DNA of 36,689 nt, from assembly GCA_964346565.1 (NCBI GenBank), contig CAYFVS010000008.1:1-36689 (forward strand), read 5' to 3'. Origin of the DNA: an uncultured candidatus Brocadiaceae bacterium (GTDB taxonomy: Bacteria; Planctomycetota; Brocadiia; SM23-32). A program made the position numbers and the translations under genes. Below are positions 8,152 through 15,827 of the stretch, piece by piece (the first letter of the stretch is position 1; each line of letters starts with the position of its first letter). Under the pieces are notes generated by a model. The model had not been told where the DNA came from. It made no database searches and was given only the letters and a program-made list of their open reading frames with translations.

Positions 8152-8180
8152 AGCATAACGGTGCGGGGCACGCCGTTCAA
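8152..8180 (-). promoter_or_regulatory. candidate rubrerythrin promoter with internal dyad
   Basis: Reverse strand: TTGAAC, 17 nt, TATGCT. The spacer contains AACGGCGTGC-CCC-GCACCGTT, an imperfect inverted repeat. Confidence 0.35.
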
Positions 8181-8196
8181 CCCCATTCCTGCGGTC

Positions 8197-8982
8197 TCAC
8201 CCCTGCCAGAAGGGGTCGCACGCCGCCACGAATTCCACCGGCACGTCTCCCACCCGCGGGCGCAGCCAGTCCGCCAGCCGCCTCATGCCTGCTTCTTCGG
8301 AGCTGCAGTGCCCGGCCAGAATCAGCGCCTTGTTCATGCCCGCCGCGATGGCGTCGCGCACGTACTCACAGGTCGTCCACTCGGGGCATTCCCCTCCCAC
8401 CAGCACGTCCACGTCCTCCCGAGCGAGCGCTTCCATCTGCCCCCGCTCCCCGGGCGAGCCGGGCTGGAGGGCCACGCCCCGGCACAACATCTCCGGATCG
8501 CCGACCGCGCGGACCACGCGCGCCCCCAGCCGCTCCTTCACCGACCCCACAAGTCGCTTCAGGGAGGTCTCCGGCAGGTGGAAGAGCCACGGCTCGTCCT
8601 CGTCCTGCCACTCGTCCCAGCCCAGCGCCGCTATCACGCCGGCGCGGATCCCGTCCGGCCGCGCCCGGTGCCAGTAGTCGTGGAAGCGCCAGATGACCAG
8701 CTCGTGCTCGCGGATGAACCGCTGCTTGGCCTCCAGCACGGCGTGCCCCTCCAGCCAGTCCGTCTCGTCCTGGTGGCCGTAGTAGATCGGCTCGTGCGTG
8801 ATGACGAAGTTCGCGCCGAGCGCGACCGCCCGCTGCAGCACCTCCAGCGTGCCCATGAACGTGGTGACGATCCCTGTGACCGATGCCGCCGGGTCGCCCG
8901 CTTTGAAGGTGTCCACAGTGTCGTCCAGCCTGTCCAGCTCCAGGCCCGTCAGGATGGTCTCGACCAGCTCTTCGGCCCTCAT
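8197..8982 (-). CDS. Nif3-family dinuclear metal-centre protein
   Basis: TFMGTLEVLQRAVALGANFVITHEPIYY and a C-terminal GHCSSE-type motif typical of NIF3/YbgI. ATG 8982 is preceded by GGGAGGG. The track start at 9000 is the alternative. Confidence 0.85.
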   Translation of the reverse strand: MRAEELVETILTGLELDRLDDTVDTFKAGDPAASVTGIVTTFMGTLEVLQRAVALGANFVITHEPIYYGHQDETDWLEGHAVLEAKQRFIREHELVIWRFHDYWHRARPDGIRAGVIAALGWDEWQDEDEPWLFHLPETSLKRLVGSVKERLGARVVRAVGDPEMLCRGVALQPGSPGERGQMEALAREDVDVLVGGECPEWTTCEYVRDAIAAGMNKALILAGHCSSEEAGMRRLADWLRPRVGDVPVEFVAACDPFWQG

Positions 8983-9119
8983 GTCGCCCTCCCGGTGCAT
9001 GTGAAATTCCGCCGTCGGTTGAGCCTACGCCATCGGCCCGGTTCCGGCAAGCGTCGTTGCGGCCGCCGACGGCATCGCGTAGCATTGCGCCGGCCGCCGT
9101 CCTCCAGGAGGATTCCCCG

Positions 9120-10043
9120 GTGCTCGAACAGACTGTGTTCCGACGCTGCGAAGGCAACCCCATCATCGGCCCGGACGCCGTGCCGGGCGCCAACAGCATC
9201 TACAACAGCGCCGTGGCGCCCTTCGGAGACGGCTATGCGGGCGTGTTCCGCGTGGACGCCGCCGACATGATGCAGTGGCTGCACGTCGGCCGCAGCGCCG
9301 ACGGCCTCCAGTGGGAGCTGGAGCCGGAGCCTTTCGAGCTGGACTTCGCCGACGTGGACATCGAGATGCGCTCCGGCGGCTACGATCCGCGGGTGACGCC
9401 CCTGGACGGGCGCTACTACGTCGTCTGGTGCGCGCCCTACCACGGGCCGACGCTGGCCATCGCCGAGACGGAGGACTTCCGGAGCTTCCGCTTCGTCGCC
9501 AACGCCGTCCCGCCCTACAACCGGAACGGCGTGCTGTTCCCGCGCCGCATCGGCGGGAAGTACCTCCTGCTGCACCGGCCGAGCGACCGCGGGCATACGC
9601 CGTTCGGCGACATCTTCGTCTGCCAGAGCGAGGATCTGGTCCACTGGGGGCTGCACCGGTTCGTGATGGGGCCGACCGAGCGCTGGCAGGCCACCAAGAT
9701 CGGCGCCGGCCCCGTGCCCATCGAGACGGACGAAGGCTGGCTGCTCATCTACCACGGGGTCATCACCAAGTGCAACGGGTTCATCTACTCGGTCGGGGCC
9801 GCCCTGCTGGACCTGGACAGGCCGTGGGAGGTGCTCTATCGCACGCGGCCCTACCTGCTGTCGCCGCTGGCGGATTACGAGCGGGTCGGCAACGTGCCGA
9901 ACGTGGTGTTCCCCTGCGCGGCGACGGTGGACGAGGGCAGCGGGGAGCTGGCCCTCTACTACGGCGGAGCGGACACCTGCGTCTGCGTCGCCTTCGCCAA
10001 GCTCGACGACATCATCCAGTTCACCAAGGACAACTCCTACTGA
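9120..10043 (+). CDS. GH130-family glycoside phosphorylase/hydrolase (beta-mannoside type)
   Basis: GNPIIGP...IYNSAVAPFGDGYAGVFRVD...YDPRVTPLDGRYYVVW...NRNGVLFPR...WLLIYHGV...LYYGGADT is the GH130 five-bladed propeller pattern. AGGAGG lies 8 nt before GTG 9120. Confidence 0.85.
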   Translation: MLEQTVFRRCEGNPIIGPDAVPGANSIYNSAVAPFGDGYAGVFRVDAADMMQWLHVGRSADGLQWELEPEPFELDFADVDIEMRSGGYDPRVTPLDGRYYVVWCAPYHGPTLAIAETEDFRSFRFVANAVPPYNRNGVLFPRRIGGKYLLLHRPSDRGHTPFGDIFVCQSEDLVHWGLHRFVMGPTERWQATKIGAGPVPIETDEGWLLIYHGVITKCNGFIYSVGAALLDLDRPWEVLYRTRPYLLSPLADYERVGNVPNVVFPCAATVDEGSGELALYYGGADTCVCVAFAKLDDIIQFTKDNSY

Positions 10044-10071
10044 CCGGCCGATGCGGCGGGGAGGGCGCGCG

Positions 10072-11460
10072 ATGGACGAGCACGGCAGGCACTTGCAGGC
10101 GGGCGGCGTGATGCCCCACCTGGCTCTGACTGCGGATCTGGGCCCGCCGCGCAGCGAGTGCGGCGTGGGCGCTCTGATGCCCTGGGCGGGGCGGCTCTGG
10201 CTGGTCACCTACGTGAGCCACAAGGAAGGCTCCGGCACCGGAACCGGGCTCTACGAGATCGCCCCCGGCTTCCGCATGACGAGGCGCCCCGAGAGCCACC
10301 CCGGCACCTACACCAACCGGTTCGTGCACTGGGAGTCGAACCAGCTGATCATCGGCCCGCACGTGATAGACGCCGAGTGCAGCGTCCGCACGGTCGAGCG
10401 GCTGCTGGACGTACGCATCTGCTCCACGTTCCGCCACCTGGAGGCGCCGGCGGAGAGGGTCTATGTGCTCGGCATGGAGGGGGAGTTCTTCGAGATGGAC
10501 GTCCGCACGCTGGAGGTCGAGCAGATTGCCGACCTGACCGAGGAGCTGGGCGTGCCGAGCTACACGCGGGCGCACTTCAAGGCCGGCCACGCCGCGTTCG
10601 GACGCGTGCTGGTTGCCAATAACAGCTACGACGAAGCGGACCTGCTGGAGGGCAGCGGCGACGGACGCCTGGCCGAGTGGCAGGGCGGCCAATGGCGCAT
10701 CCTCGAGCGGACGGCCTTCAACGAGGTGACCGGTCGGGGCGAGTTCAGCGGCACCATCTTCGGCACCGGGTGGGACAGGGCCTCGGCCATCCTGAAGGTC
10801 TACACCGCTGCCGACGACACCTGGCGAACTTACCGCCTGCCCAAAGCCAGCCACTGCTACGACCACATGTGGCAGACCGAGTGGCCGCGCATCCGGGAGA
10901 CCGAGCACGAGCGGCTGCTGATGGACTGCCACGGCATCTTCTACGAGATGTCCCCCTGGGCCTATGGAGGGCGCATCTGGGGCGTGCGACCCATCAGCAC
11001 GCACCTGTGGGTGCTGGGGGACTTCTGCTCGTGGCGGGGGATGCTGGTGATGGGCGCCGACAACGCCAGCCCGAGCAACGGCGCCAACAGCCTTGCCGGC
11101 GAGCCGCAGAGCGGCCTGTGGTTCGGCAAGACGGACGACCTGTGGAGCTTCGGCAAGCCAGCCGGCTGGGGCGGCCCGTGGTGGGAGACGCCTGTCGAGG
11201 CGGGCCAGCCATCTGACCCCTACCTGGCGACAGGCTTCGACAAGAGGTGCCTGCACCTGGCGCACGACGCGCCGGGGGCTGTGGACTTCGCACTGGAGGT
11301 GGATTTCCGCGGCGACGGCTGCTGGCACACGCTGGGCAGCCTATCGGTGCCGGCCGGCGAGTACGGCTACTACGACTTCCCGCAGGCGTTCGGCGCCCAC
11401 TGGATCCGCCTGACCGCCGACGCCGACTGTACCGCTACCGCCCAGCTATCCTACACGTGA
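10072..11460 (+). CDS. hypothetical protein, 462 aa, no recognisable domain
   Basis: Long uninterrupted ORF, tightly packed between recognised genes. GGGGAGGG (10057-10064) precedes ATG 10072; the track start at 10051 lacks an SD. No signal peptide. Trp/Gly-rich (GLWFGKTDDLWSFGKPAGWGGPWW). Confidence 0.7.
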   Translation: MDEHGRHLQAGGVMPHLALTADLGPPRSECGVGALMPWAGRLWLVTYVSHKEGSGTGTGLYEIAPGFRMTRRPESHPGTYTNRFVHWESNQLIIGPHVIDAECSVRTVERLLDVRICSTFRHLEAPAERVYVLGMEGEFFEMDVRTLEVEQIADLTEELGVPSYTRAHFKAGHAAFGRVLVANNSYDEADLLEGSGDGRLAEWQGGQWRILERTAFNEVTGRGEFSGTIFGTGWDRASAILKVYTAADDTWRTYRLPKASHCYDHMWQTEWPRIRETEHERLLMDCHGIFYEMSPWAYGGRIWGVRPISTHLWVLGDFCSWRGMLVMGADNASPSNGANSLAGEPQSGLWFGKTDDLWSFGKPAGWGGPWWETPVEAGQPSDPYLATGFDKRCLHLAHDAPGAVDFALEVDFRGDGCWHTLGSLSVPAGEYGYYDFPQAFGAHWIRLTADADCTATAQLSYT

Positions 11461-11499
11461 CGCCGTGCGCACCGAACCGCCCGAATGGGAGGTGAGAAC

Positions 11500-12603
11500 G
11501 TGAGCGCCAACATGTCGGAGCTGCCTGACCGCGTGCGCGGTTGCCTGGTTGGGGGTGCTGTCGGCGACGCCTTCGGCGGGCCGATCGAGATGCGCAGCGC
11601 AGAGGAGCTGAACGAGTTCGCCGGCACGGATTGGGTGGACCAGTTGCTCCCTTACCGCGACGACCACGGAGTCCATCCTCTGGGGGTCTGGCAGGAGGGC
11701 CCGCCGCGCGGCACCGGCACCGACGATACCCGGAACAACCAGATGTTCGTCGAGTGCGCTGTCCGGACGGGGGGCGTGGTCAACTCCCAGTTACTGGCCA
11801 TCGAGTACGTGCAGCGTTACCTGGAGAGGGAGAAGTTCTACCCCGAACATGCCGACCTGGCCGAGCGCCATTTGCGTGGCAGATACCACCACGCGCTTGC
11901 GTATCTGGGTGCGGAGCAGCTCCCAGACGGCACACCGGGATGGGTCGCCCGGGCGCGCGGCAATGCATTCCCGGCGCTGGCCGGCCTCATCTCCCTGGCG
12001 CCCGCAGGACTGCTGCATCCCGGCGACCCGGAGGCGGCCTACCGCAGGGCGTTCGAGCTGGCTTACTGCGACCTGGGCTACGCCCGTGACGCCACCGCGA
12101 TGCTCGCCGCCATGGTCAGCACGGCTCTGGGCTCGGACGACGCCTGCGAAGTAGTCGAGGCCGGCCTGCGCACCGACCCGTTCGGGTACGGCAAGCGGCG
12201 CATCATGGCCCGGCGCATACGGCGGTTCCTCGAGATCGCCGAGGGGGCCGGCAGCGACCGAGAGCTGATCGAAGGCCTCTCGCCGGAGGTCTCGGGCCTG
12301 CACCTGTTCGATCCCGTGGACATCCTCGGTGTGCCCGTGGCGGCCCTGCGATTCAGCCGGGGAGATCCGGTGCGCACCATCGTCATGGCCGCCAATGACC
12401 GTGACCTGACCGCTGAGGGCGCCCTGCTGAAGCTGCGCGACGTGGACTGCACGGCCGGGGTGGCCGGTGCGCTGGTGGGCGCCCTGAGGGGCGCCGAGGC
12501 GTTTCCCTCCGATTGGGTGGAGGACACGATCGAGGCCAACCGGCAGGTCTACGGCATTGACCTGGAGCGGAACGCGCGGGAACTGACGGCACTTCTGCGG
12601 TGA
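11500..12603 (+). CDS. ADP-ribosylglycohydrolase-family protein
   Basis: RVRGCLVGGAVGDAFGGPIE N-terminal signature and a C-terminal DCTAGVAGALVGA motif. GGGAGG (11487-11492) lies 7 nt before GTG 11500. Alternatives are ATG 11485 and ATG 11512. Confidence 0.85.
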   Translation: MSANMSELPDRVRGCLVGGAVGDAFGGPIEMRSAEELNEFAGTDWVDQLLPYRDDHGVHPLGVWQEGPPRGTGTDDTRNNQMFVECAVRTGGVVNSQLLAIEYVQRYLEREKFYPEHADLAERHLRGRYHHALAYLGAEQLPDGTPGWVARARGNAFPALAGLISLAPAGLLHPGDPEAAYRRAFELAYCDLGYARDATAMLAAMVSTALGSDDACEVVEAGLRTDPFGYGKRRIMARRIRRFLEIAEGAGSDRELIEGLSPEVSGLHLFDPVDILGVPVAALRFSRGDPVRTIVMAANDRDLTAEGALLKLRDVDCTAGVAGALVGALRGAEAFPSDWVEDTIEANRQVYGIDLERNARELTALLR

Positions 12604-12617
12604 CCGGGGAGGGAAAC

Positions 12618-13508
12618 ATGCAGCGGGTAAGTCGAGAGCACACCGTGCCGCCCGAGAAGCGGTGCGCCAACCTCGAGCCAGTGGCCGAGGTGGAGCCGGG
12701 CGAGACCTTCGTCGTCGAGACCATCAACTTCCGCACGCCCATCATCCGCACCCCCGAGGACGCCAATCCGGAGACTTACCGGGAGCGCGAGGAGACGGGC
12801 CCCATCTACGTGCGCGGCATCGAGCCGGGGGACGTGCTCGCCATCCACATCGAGGATATTCGCCCGGAGGGGCACGCCAGCGGCGGGTGGTGGGACGATG
12901 AGGAGGTGAACTCGTTCCTGCCCATCGAGGGCGAGGAGGTCCACTTCCCGGGCGGCTTGCGCGCGCCGCTGAGCATGATGATCGGAGACATATACGTCAT
13001 CCCACAGGAGCCCTGCCCCAACCCCTGGGACAACGGCGGGAACATGGACTTCAAGGACGTTTGCGCGGGGAACACGCTCTACCTGCGGGCGCGACGCGAG
13101 GGCGGCCTGCTCGTGCTGGGTGACCTGCACGCGGCCCAGGGCGACGGGGAAATCCTGGGACTGGGCGCCGAGTGCGCCGGCGAGGTGACGCTCCGCGTGA
13201 CGAAGGACGAGCGGTGGCTGCCCGTCCGGCCCATGATCGAGAAAGAGGAGTCCTTCGTATCGCTGGCTTGTCGGCCGGACTACCGCGAGGCGCGGAACCT
13301 GGCGGCCCGCGACGCGGCGAAGGTGCTGGCCCGCGTGGCCGACGTGACGCAGCAGGAGGCGTACCTCTACGTGACCACGGTCGGCGACCTGCGCAACGGT
13401 GCGGTGTGGGCCCTGGCCGGGGAGGAGAGCGTCGAGCAGTGCCCCTGGCAGGCCGAACTGCCCCTGGTGGTGGGCCTGGAAGTGCCACTGCCCGAGCCGG
13501 GCGGTTAG
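12618..13508 (+). CDS. acetamidase/formamidase-family (FmdA/AmdA) amidohydrolase
   Basis: GPIYVRGIEPGDVLAIHI...DNGGNMDFKDVCAGNTLYLRARREGGLLVLGDLHAAQGDGEI is the family core. GGAGGG precedes ATG 12618. The track start GTG 12600 overlaps the upstream stop. Confidence 0.85.
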   Translation: MQRVSREHTVPPEKRCANLEPVAEVEPGETFVVETINFRTPIIRTPEDANPETYREREETGPIYVRGIEPGDVLAIHIEDIRPEGHASGGWWDDEEVNSFLPIEGEEVHFPGGLRAPLSMMIGDIYVIPQEPCPNPWDNGGNMDFKDVCAGNTLYLRARREGGLLVLGDLHAAQGDGEILGLGAECAGEVTLRVTKDERWLPVRPMIEKEESFVSLACRPDYREARNLAARDAAKVLARVADVTQQEAYLYVTTVGDLRNGAVWALAGEESVEQCPWQAELPLVVGLEVPLPEPGG

Positions 13509-13834
13509 CCCCGGTCGGAGTCCAGCCAGTCCACGGTCACCTCGTCGCTGAGAAGCGTCCCGAACAGGAAGCTGCCGCAGCGGACGTAGCCCGTCCTGGG
13601 CCGGCCCTCGGCGTCCGCCACGACGACGTAGAAGACCGCCCGCTTGTCCCCCAGCAGCCACATCAGGTCACCGCGACGGATGAACCGGCGCTCGTAGTGC
13701 AGCACCTGGCAGCCCTCCCCCTCTGCCCAGCGCCGCAGCAAGGCTTCGGCGCGACGCCAGTCCCAGGCTATCAGCCCGGCCGCCACCACGACGGCAACCG
13801 ACAGCAGGAGACCGACGGTCAGTTCCTGCGGCAT
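13505..13834 (-). CDS. small single-pass membrane protein, function unknown
   Basis: GAGGAG lies 4 nt before ATG 13834. One N-terminal TM (LTVGLLLSVAVVVAAGLIAW) is followed by a roughly 75-aa soluble part. Its stop overlaps the convergent formamidase stop (TTAG at 13505-13508). Confidence 0.55.
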   Translation of the reverse strand: MPQELTVGLLLSVAVVVAAGLIAWDWRRAEALLRRWAEGEGCQVLHYERRFIRRGDLMWLLGDKRAVFYVVVADAEGRPRTGYVRCGSFLFGTLLSDEVTVDWLDSDRG

Positions 13835-13890
13835 GGGGCTCCTCAGCACAGATAGCCGGGCCAGAAGCGGGCAGGAGACCGACGGCGCGC

Positions 13891-15201
13891 TCAGCCGTCG
13901 AAGGTCGGCATCTCGTCCCTCCCCGCCTCATACAGCTCGTCCACCATGTCGCGGATCTCCTTCATGGACAGGGCGGCGGCGCTGAGCGGGTCGTAGAGCA
14001 CCGACCAGTAGAGCATCTCCCGGTCCCCGCGCAGGCAGGCCTCGACGGCCATGCTCGTGGAGCGGACGGCCATGCTGTTCAGGGCGGCCAGTTGCGGCGG
14101 CAGGTCGCCCACGTGGCAGGGATGCACGCCGGAGCGGTCTGCGTAGCAGGGCACCTCCACCGAGCAGCAGGCCGGCAGATTGGTGATGAGGCCGTCGTTG
14201 CCGACGGTCGCGTTGAACCGGAAGGTCTGCCCGCTCTCGAGCGCGTTCATTATGTAGGATCCGTACTCGTGCCCCCGCTCCAGGCGCAGCTCCTCAGTGT
14301 CCTCGGCGTGACGGCGGATCTTCTCGGCGCGCTCGTCGTAACGGTCTCCGTAGATGTCCTTTATGAACCCGTGCCCGCCATTCCAGTCCTCGCCCTGGTA
14401 ATTCTCGACCAGGTCGGGCCGCTTGCGGAACCAGGGGTTGTACTCGGAGTTGTGGCCGCTGGATTCGGTCACATAGTAGCCCAGCCGGCGCAGCATCTCC
14501 ACGCGGGTGGTGTTGTGTTCGTACCACTCGTCGTTCTCCCGGGCGGCCTCCCTGATGCGGGGATAGGCGTCGCGCCCATCGTGCTTGTAGCTCAGCACCC
14601 ACGCCTGGTGGTTGATGCCCGCCACCCACGAGCTGCATTCCTCGGGCTGGGCCCCTATGACGCGGGCCAGCTCCGCGTGGGCGCCTTGCACGCTGTGGCA
14701 CAGGCCGACCACCTCCACGTCGGTCATCTGCCGGACGGCCCGGCAGAGCATGGACATGGGGTTGGTGTAGTTGATCATCAGCGCATCGGGGCAGAGCCGG
14801 TCCATGTCCCGGGCGATGTCCACCATGACGGGGATGGTGCGCATGGCCCGGAAGATACCCCCGGGTCCCATGGTGTCCCCGATGCACTGGTCCACGCCGT
14901 GCTTCATGGGGATGTCTATCTCGCGGAAGATCGGCTCCACCCCGCCGACCAGGATGCTGACAATGACGTAGTCCGCTCCCGCCAGCGCCTTGCTCCGGTC
15001 GGTGGTGGCGGTCACCTCGGCCGGGTAGCCGCCCTGGGCGATCAGCCGCCGGGCCAGGGTCTCCATGTGGCCGAGCACCTCCCGGTCGATGTCCATCAAG
15101 CGGAAGGTGCTTCCCTTAAGCGCAGGGAAGGTCAGCGAGTCGCGGATCATCGCTTCCGCAAACACATGGCTGCCGGCCCCGATGAGTGCTATCTGCGCCA
15201 T
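13891..15201 (-). CDS. GH4-family NAD/Mn-dependent alpha-glucosidase/alpha-galactosidase
   Basis: MAQIALIGAGSHVF Rossmann start, VVGLCHSVQG, INHQAW. GGAGA lies 7 nt before ATG 15201. The track's 73-aa N-terminal extension has no support. Confidence 0.9.
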   Translation of the reverse strand: MAQIALIGAGSHVFAEAMIRDSLTFPALKGSTFRLMDIDREVLGHMETLARRLIAQGGYPAEVTATTDRSKALAGADYVIVSILVGGVEPIFREIDIPMKHGVDQCIGDTMGPGGIFRAMRTIPVMVDIARDMDRLCPDALMINYTNPMSMLCRAVRQMTDVEVVGLCHSVQGAHAELARVIGAQPEECSSWVAGINHQAWVLSYKHDGRDAYPRIREAARENDEWYEHNTTRVEMLRRLGYYVTESSGHNSEYNPWFRKRPDLVENYQGEDWNGGHGFIKDIYGDRYDERAEKIRRHAEDTEELRLERGHEYGSYIMNALESGQTFRFNATVGNDGLITNLPACCSVEVPCYADRSGVHPCHVGDLPPQLAALNSMAVRSTSMAVEACLRGDREMLYWSVLYDPLSAAALSMKEIRDMVDELYEAGRDEMPTFDG

Positions 15202-15334
15202 TGGTTCGTCTCCGGGCTTGCGAGTGGGTGAAGTGGCCGTCTTGACGGCGCAAACACCGCATTCTACCGACGGCCGGCCGCCGCAGCAAAGAGGAAACGG
15301 TTTGAGGCCCTCGGGGGCCTTCTCCCCGCCGGTC

Positions 15335-15679
15335 TCAGTCGAGGGCGGCGAGGGCTTCTTCCTCGGTGTCAACGATGGTGAACAGATCCTGCACGCGGGC
15401 CATGGCGATGCCCTCGCCAACGCGCTCGGGCAGGCCGTACAGGACCATGTGCCCTTTGCGGCCGTCGGTGCGCTGTTGAGCCTCGATGAGGGTGGCCAGG
15501 CCGGCGGTATCTATGAACTCCAGGCCCCTCAGGTCGAGCAGCAGCCTGGGACCCTCCTTCCCTGTCAGTGGCAGCAGGGCCCGGCGCAGCTCCGGCGCGG
15601 TCTCGTAGCTCAGCCTGCCACTGAGGGCAAGCTGATGCAGGTCCCCGGCGCGCCGTCCCTCGATCTCCAGCTCGCCCAT
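15335..15679 (-). CDS. STAS-domain protein (anti-sigma-factor antagonist, SpoIIAA/RsbV-like)
   Basis: LALSGRLSYETAPELRRALL...LLLDLRGLEFIDTAGLATLIEA. GGAGGGG lies just upstream of ATG 15679. Confidence 0.8.
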   Translation of the reverse strand: MGELEIEGRRAGDLHQLALSGRLSYETAPELRRALLPLTGKEGPRLLLDLRGLEFIDTAGLATLIEAQQRTDGRKGHMVLYGLPERVGEGIAMARVQDLFTIVDTEEEALAALD

Positions 15680-15776
15680 GCTGCCCCTCCAAGCTCTCGC
15701 CGGAAGCTGAGTGAACAGCCCGTCCCGCGGCCTGCGCTTCCCCCAATGGGGTAGGCGCACCGTCTCGCCGCACCTT

Positions 15777-15796
15777 GTCCGGCGGGAACGCCGGAC
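15777..15796 (-). terminator. GC hairpin downstream of the 667-aa gene (no U-tract)
   Basis: GTCCGGCG-GGAA-CGCCGGAC: a perfect 8-bp stem with a GNRA-like loop, 32 nt after the stop at 15828. No T-run follows on either strand. Confidence 0.3.
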
Positions 15797-15827
15797 CTGC
15801 CCACGTTTCAGCAGGCCGCAAAGCCGC

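Noticed and set aside
15304-15321. GC-rich hairpins as rho-independent terminators (15304-15321 GAGGCCC/GGGCCTC; 8112-8138 GGCGCCGC/GCGGCGCC; 18743-18758 GGCGCG/CGCGCC; 24131-24149)
   Set aside because: The stems are real, but none is followed by a U-tract on the relevant strand. They may be terminators in a high-GC organism, but I cannot support that from sequence alone.
13891-15420. N-terminal extensions of track ORFs (GH4 to 15420, STAS to 15760, sulfatase-fold 2 to 21583, sulfatase-fold 3 from 33595, propeller from 28091, S55 from 26520)
   Set aside because: The extensions lack an SD, are low-complexity, and overlap neighbouring genes or tRNA-Gln. Internal starts with an SD give canonical N-termini or signal peptides.
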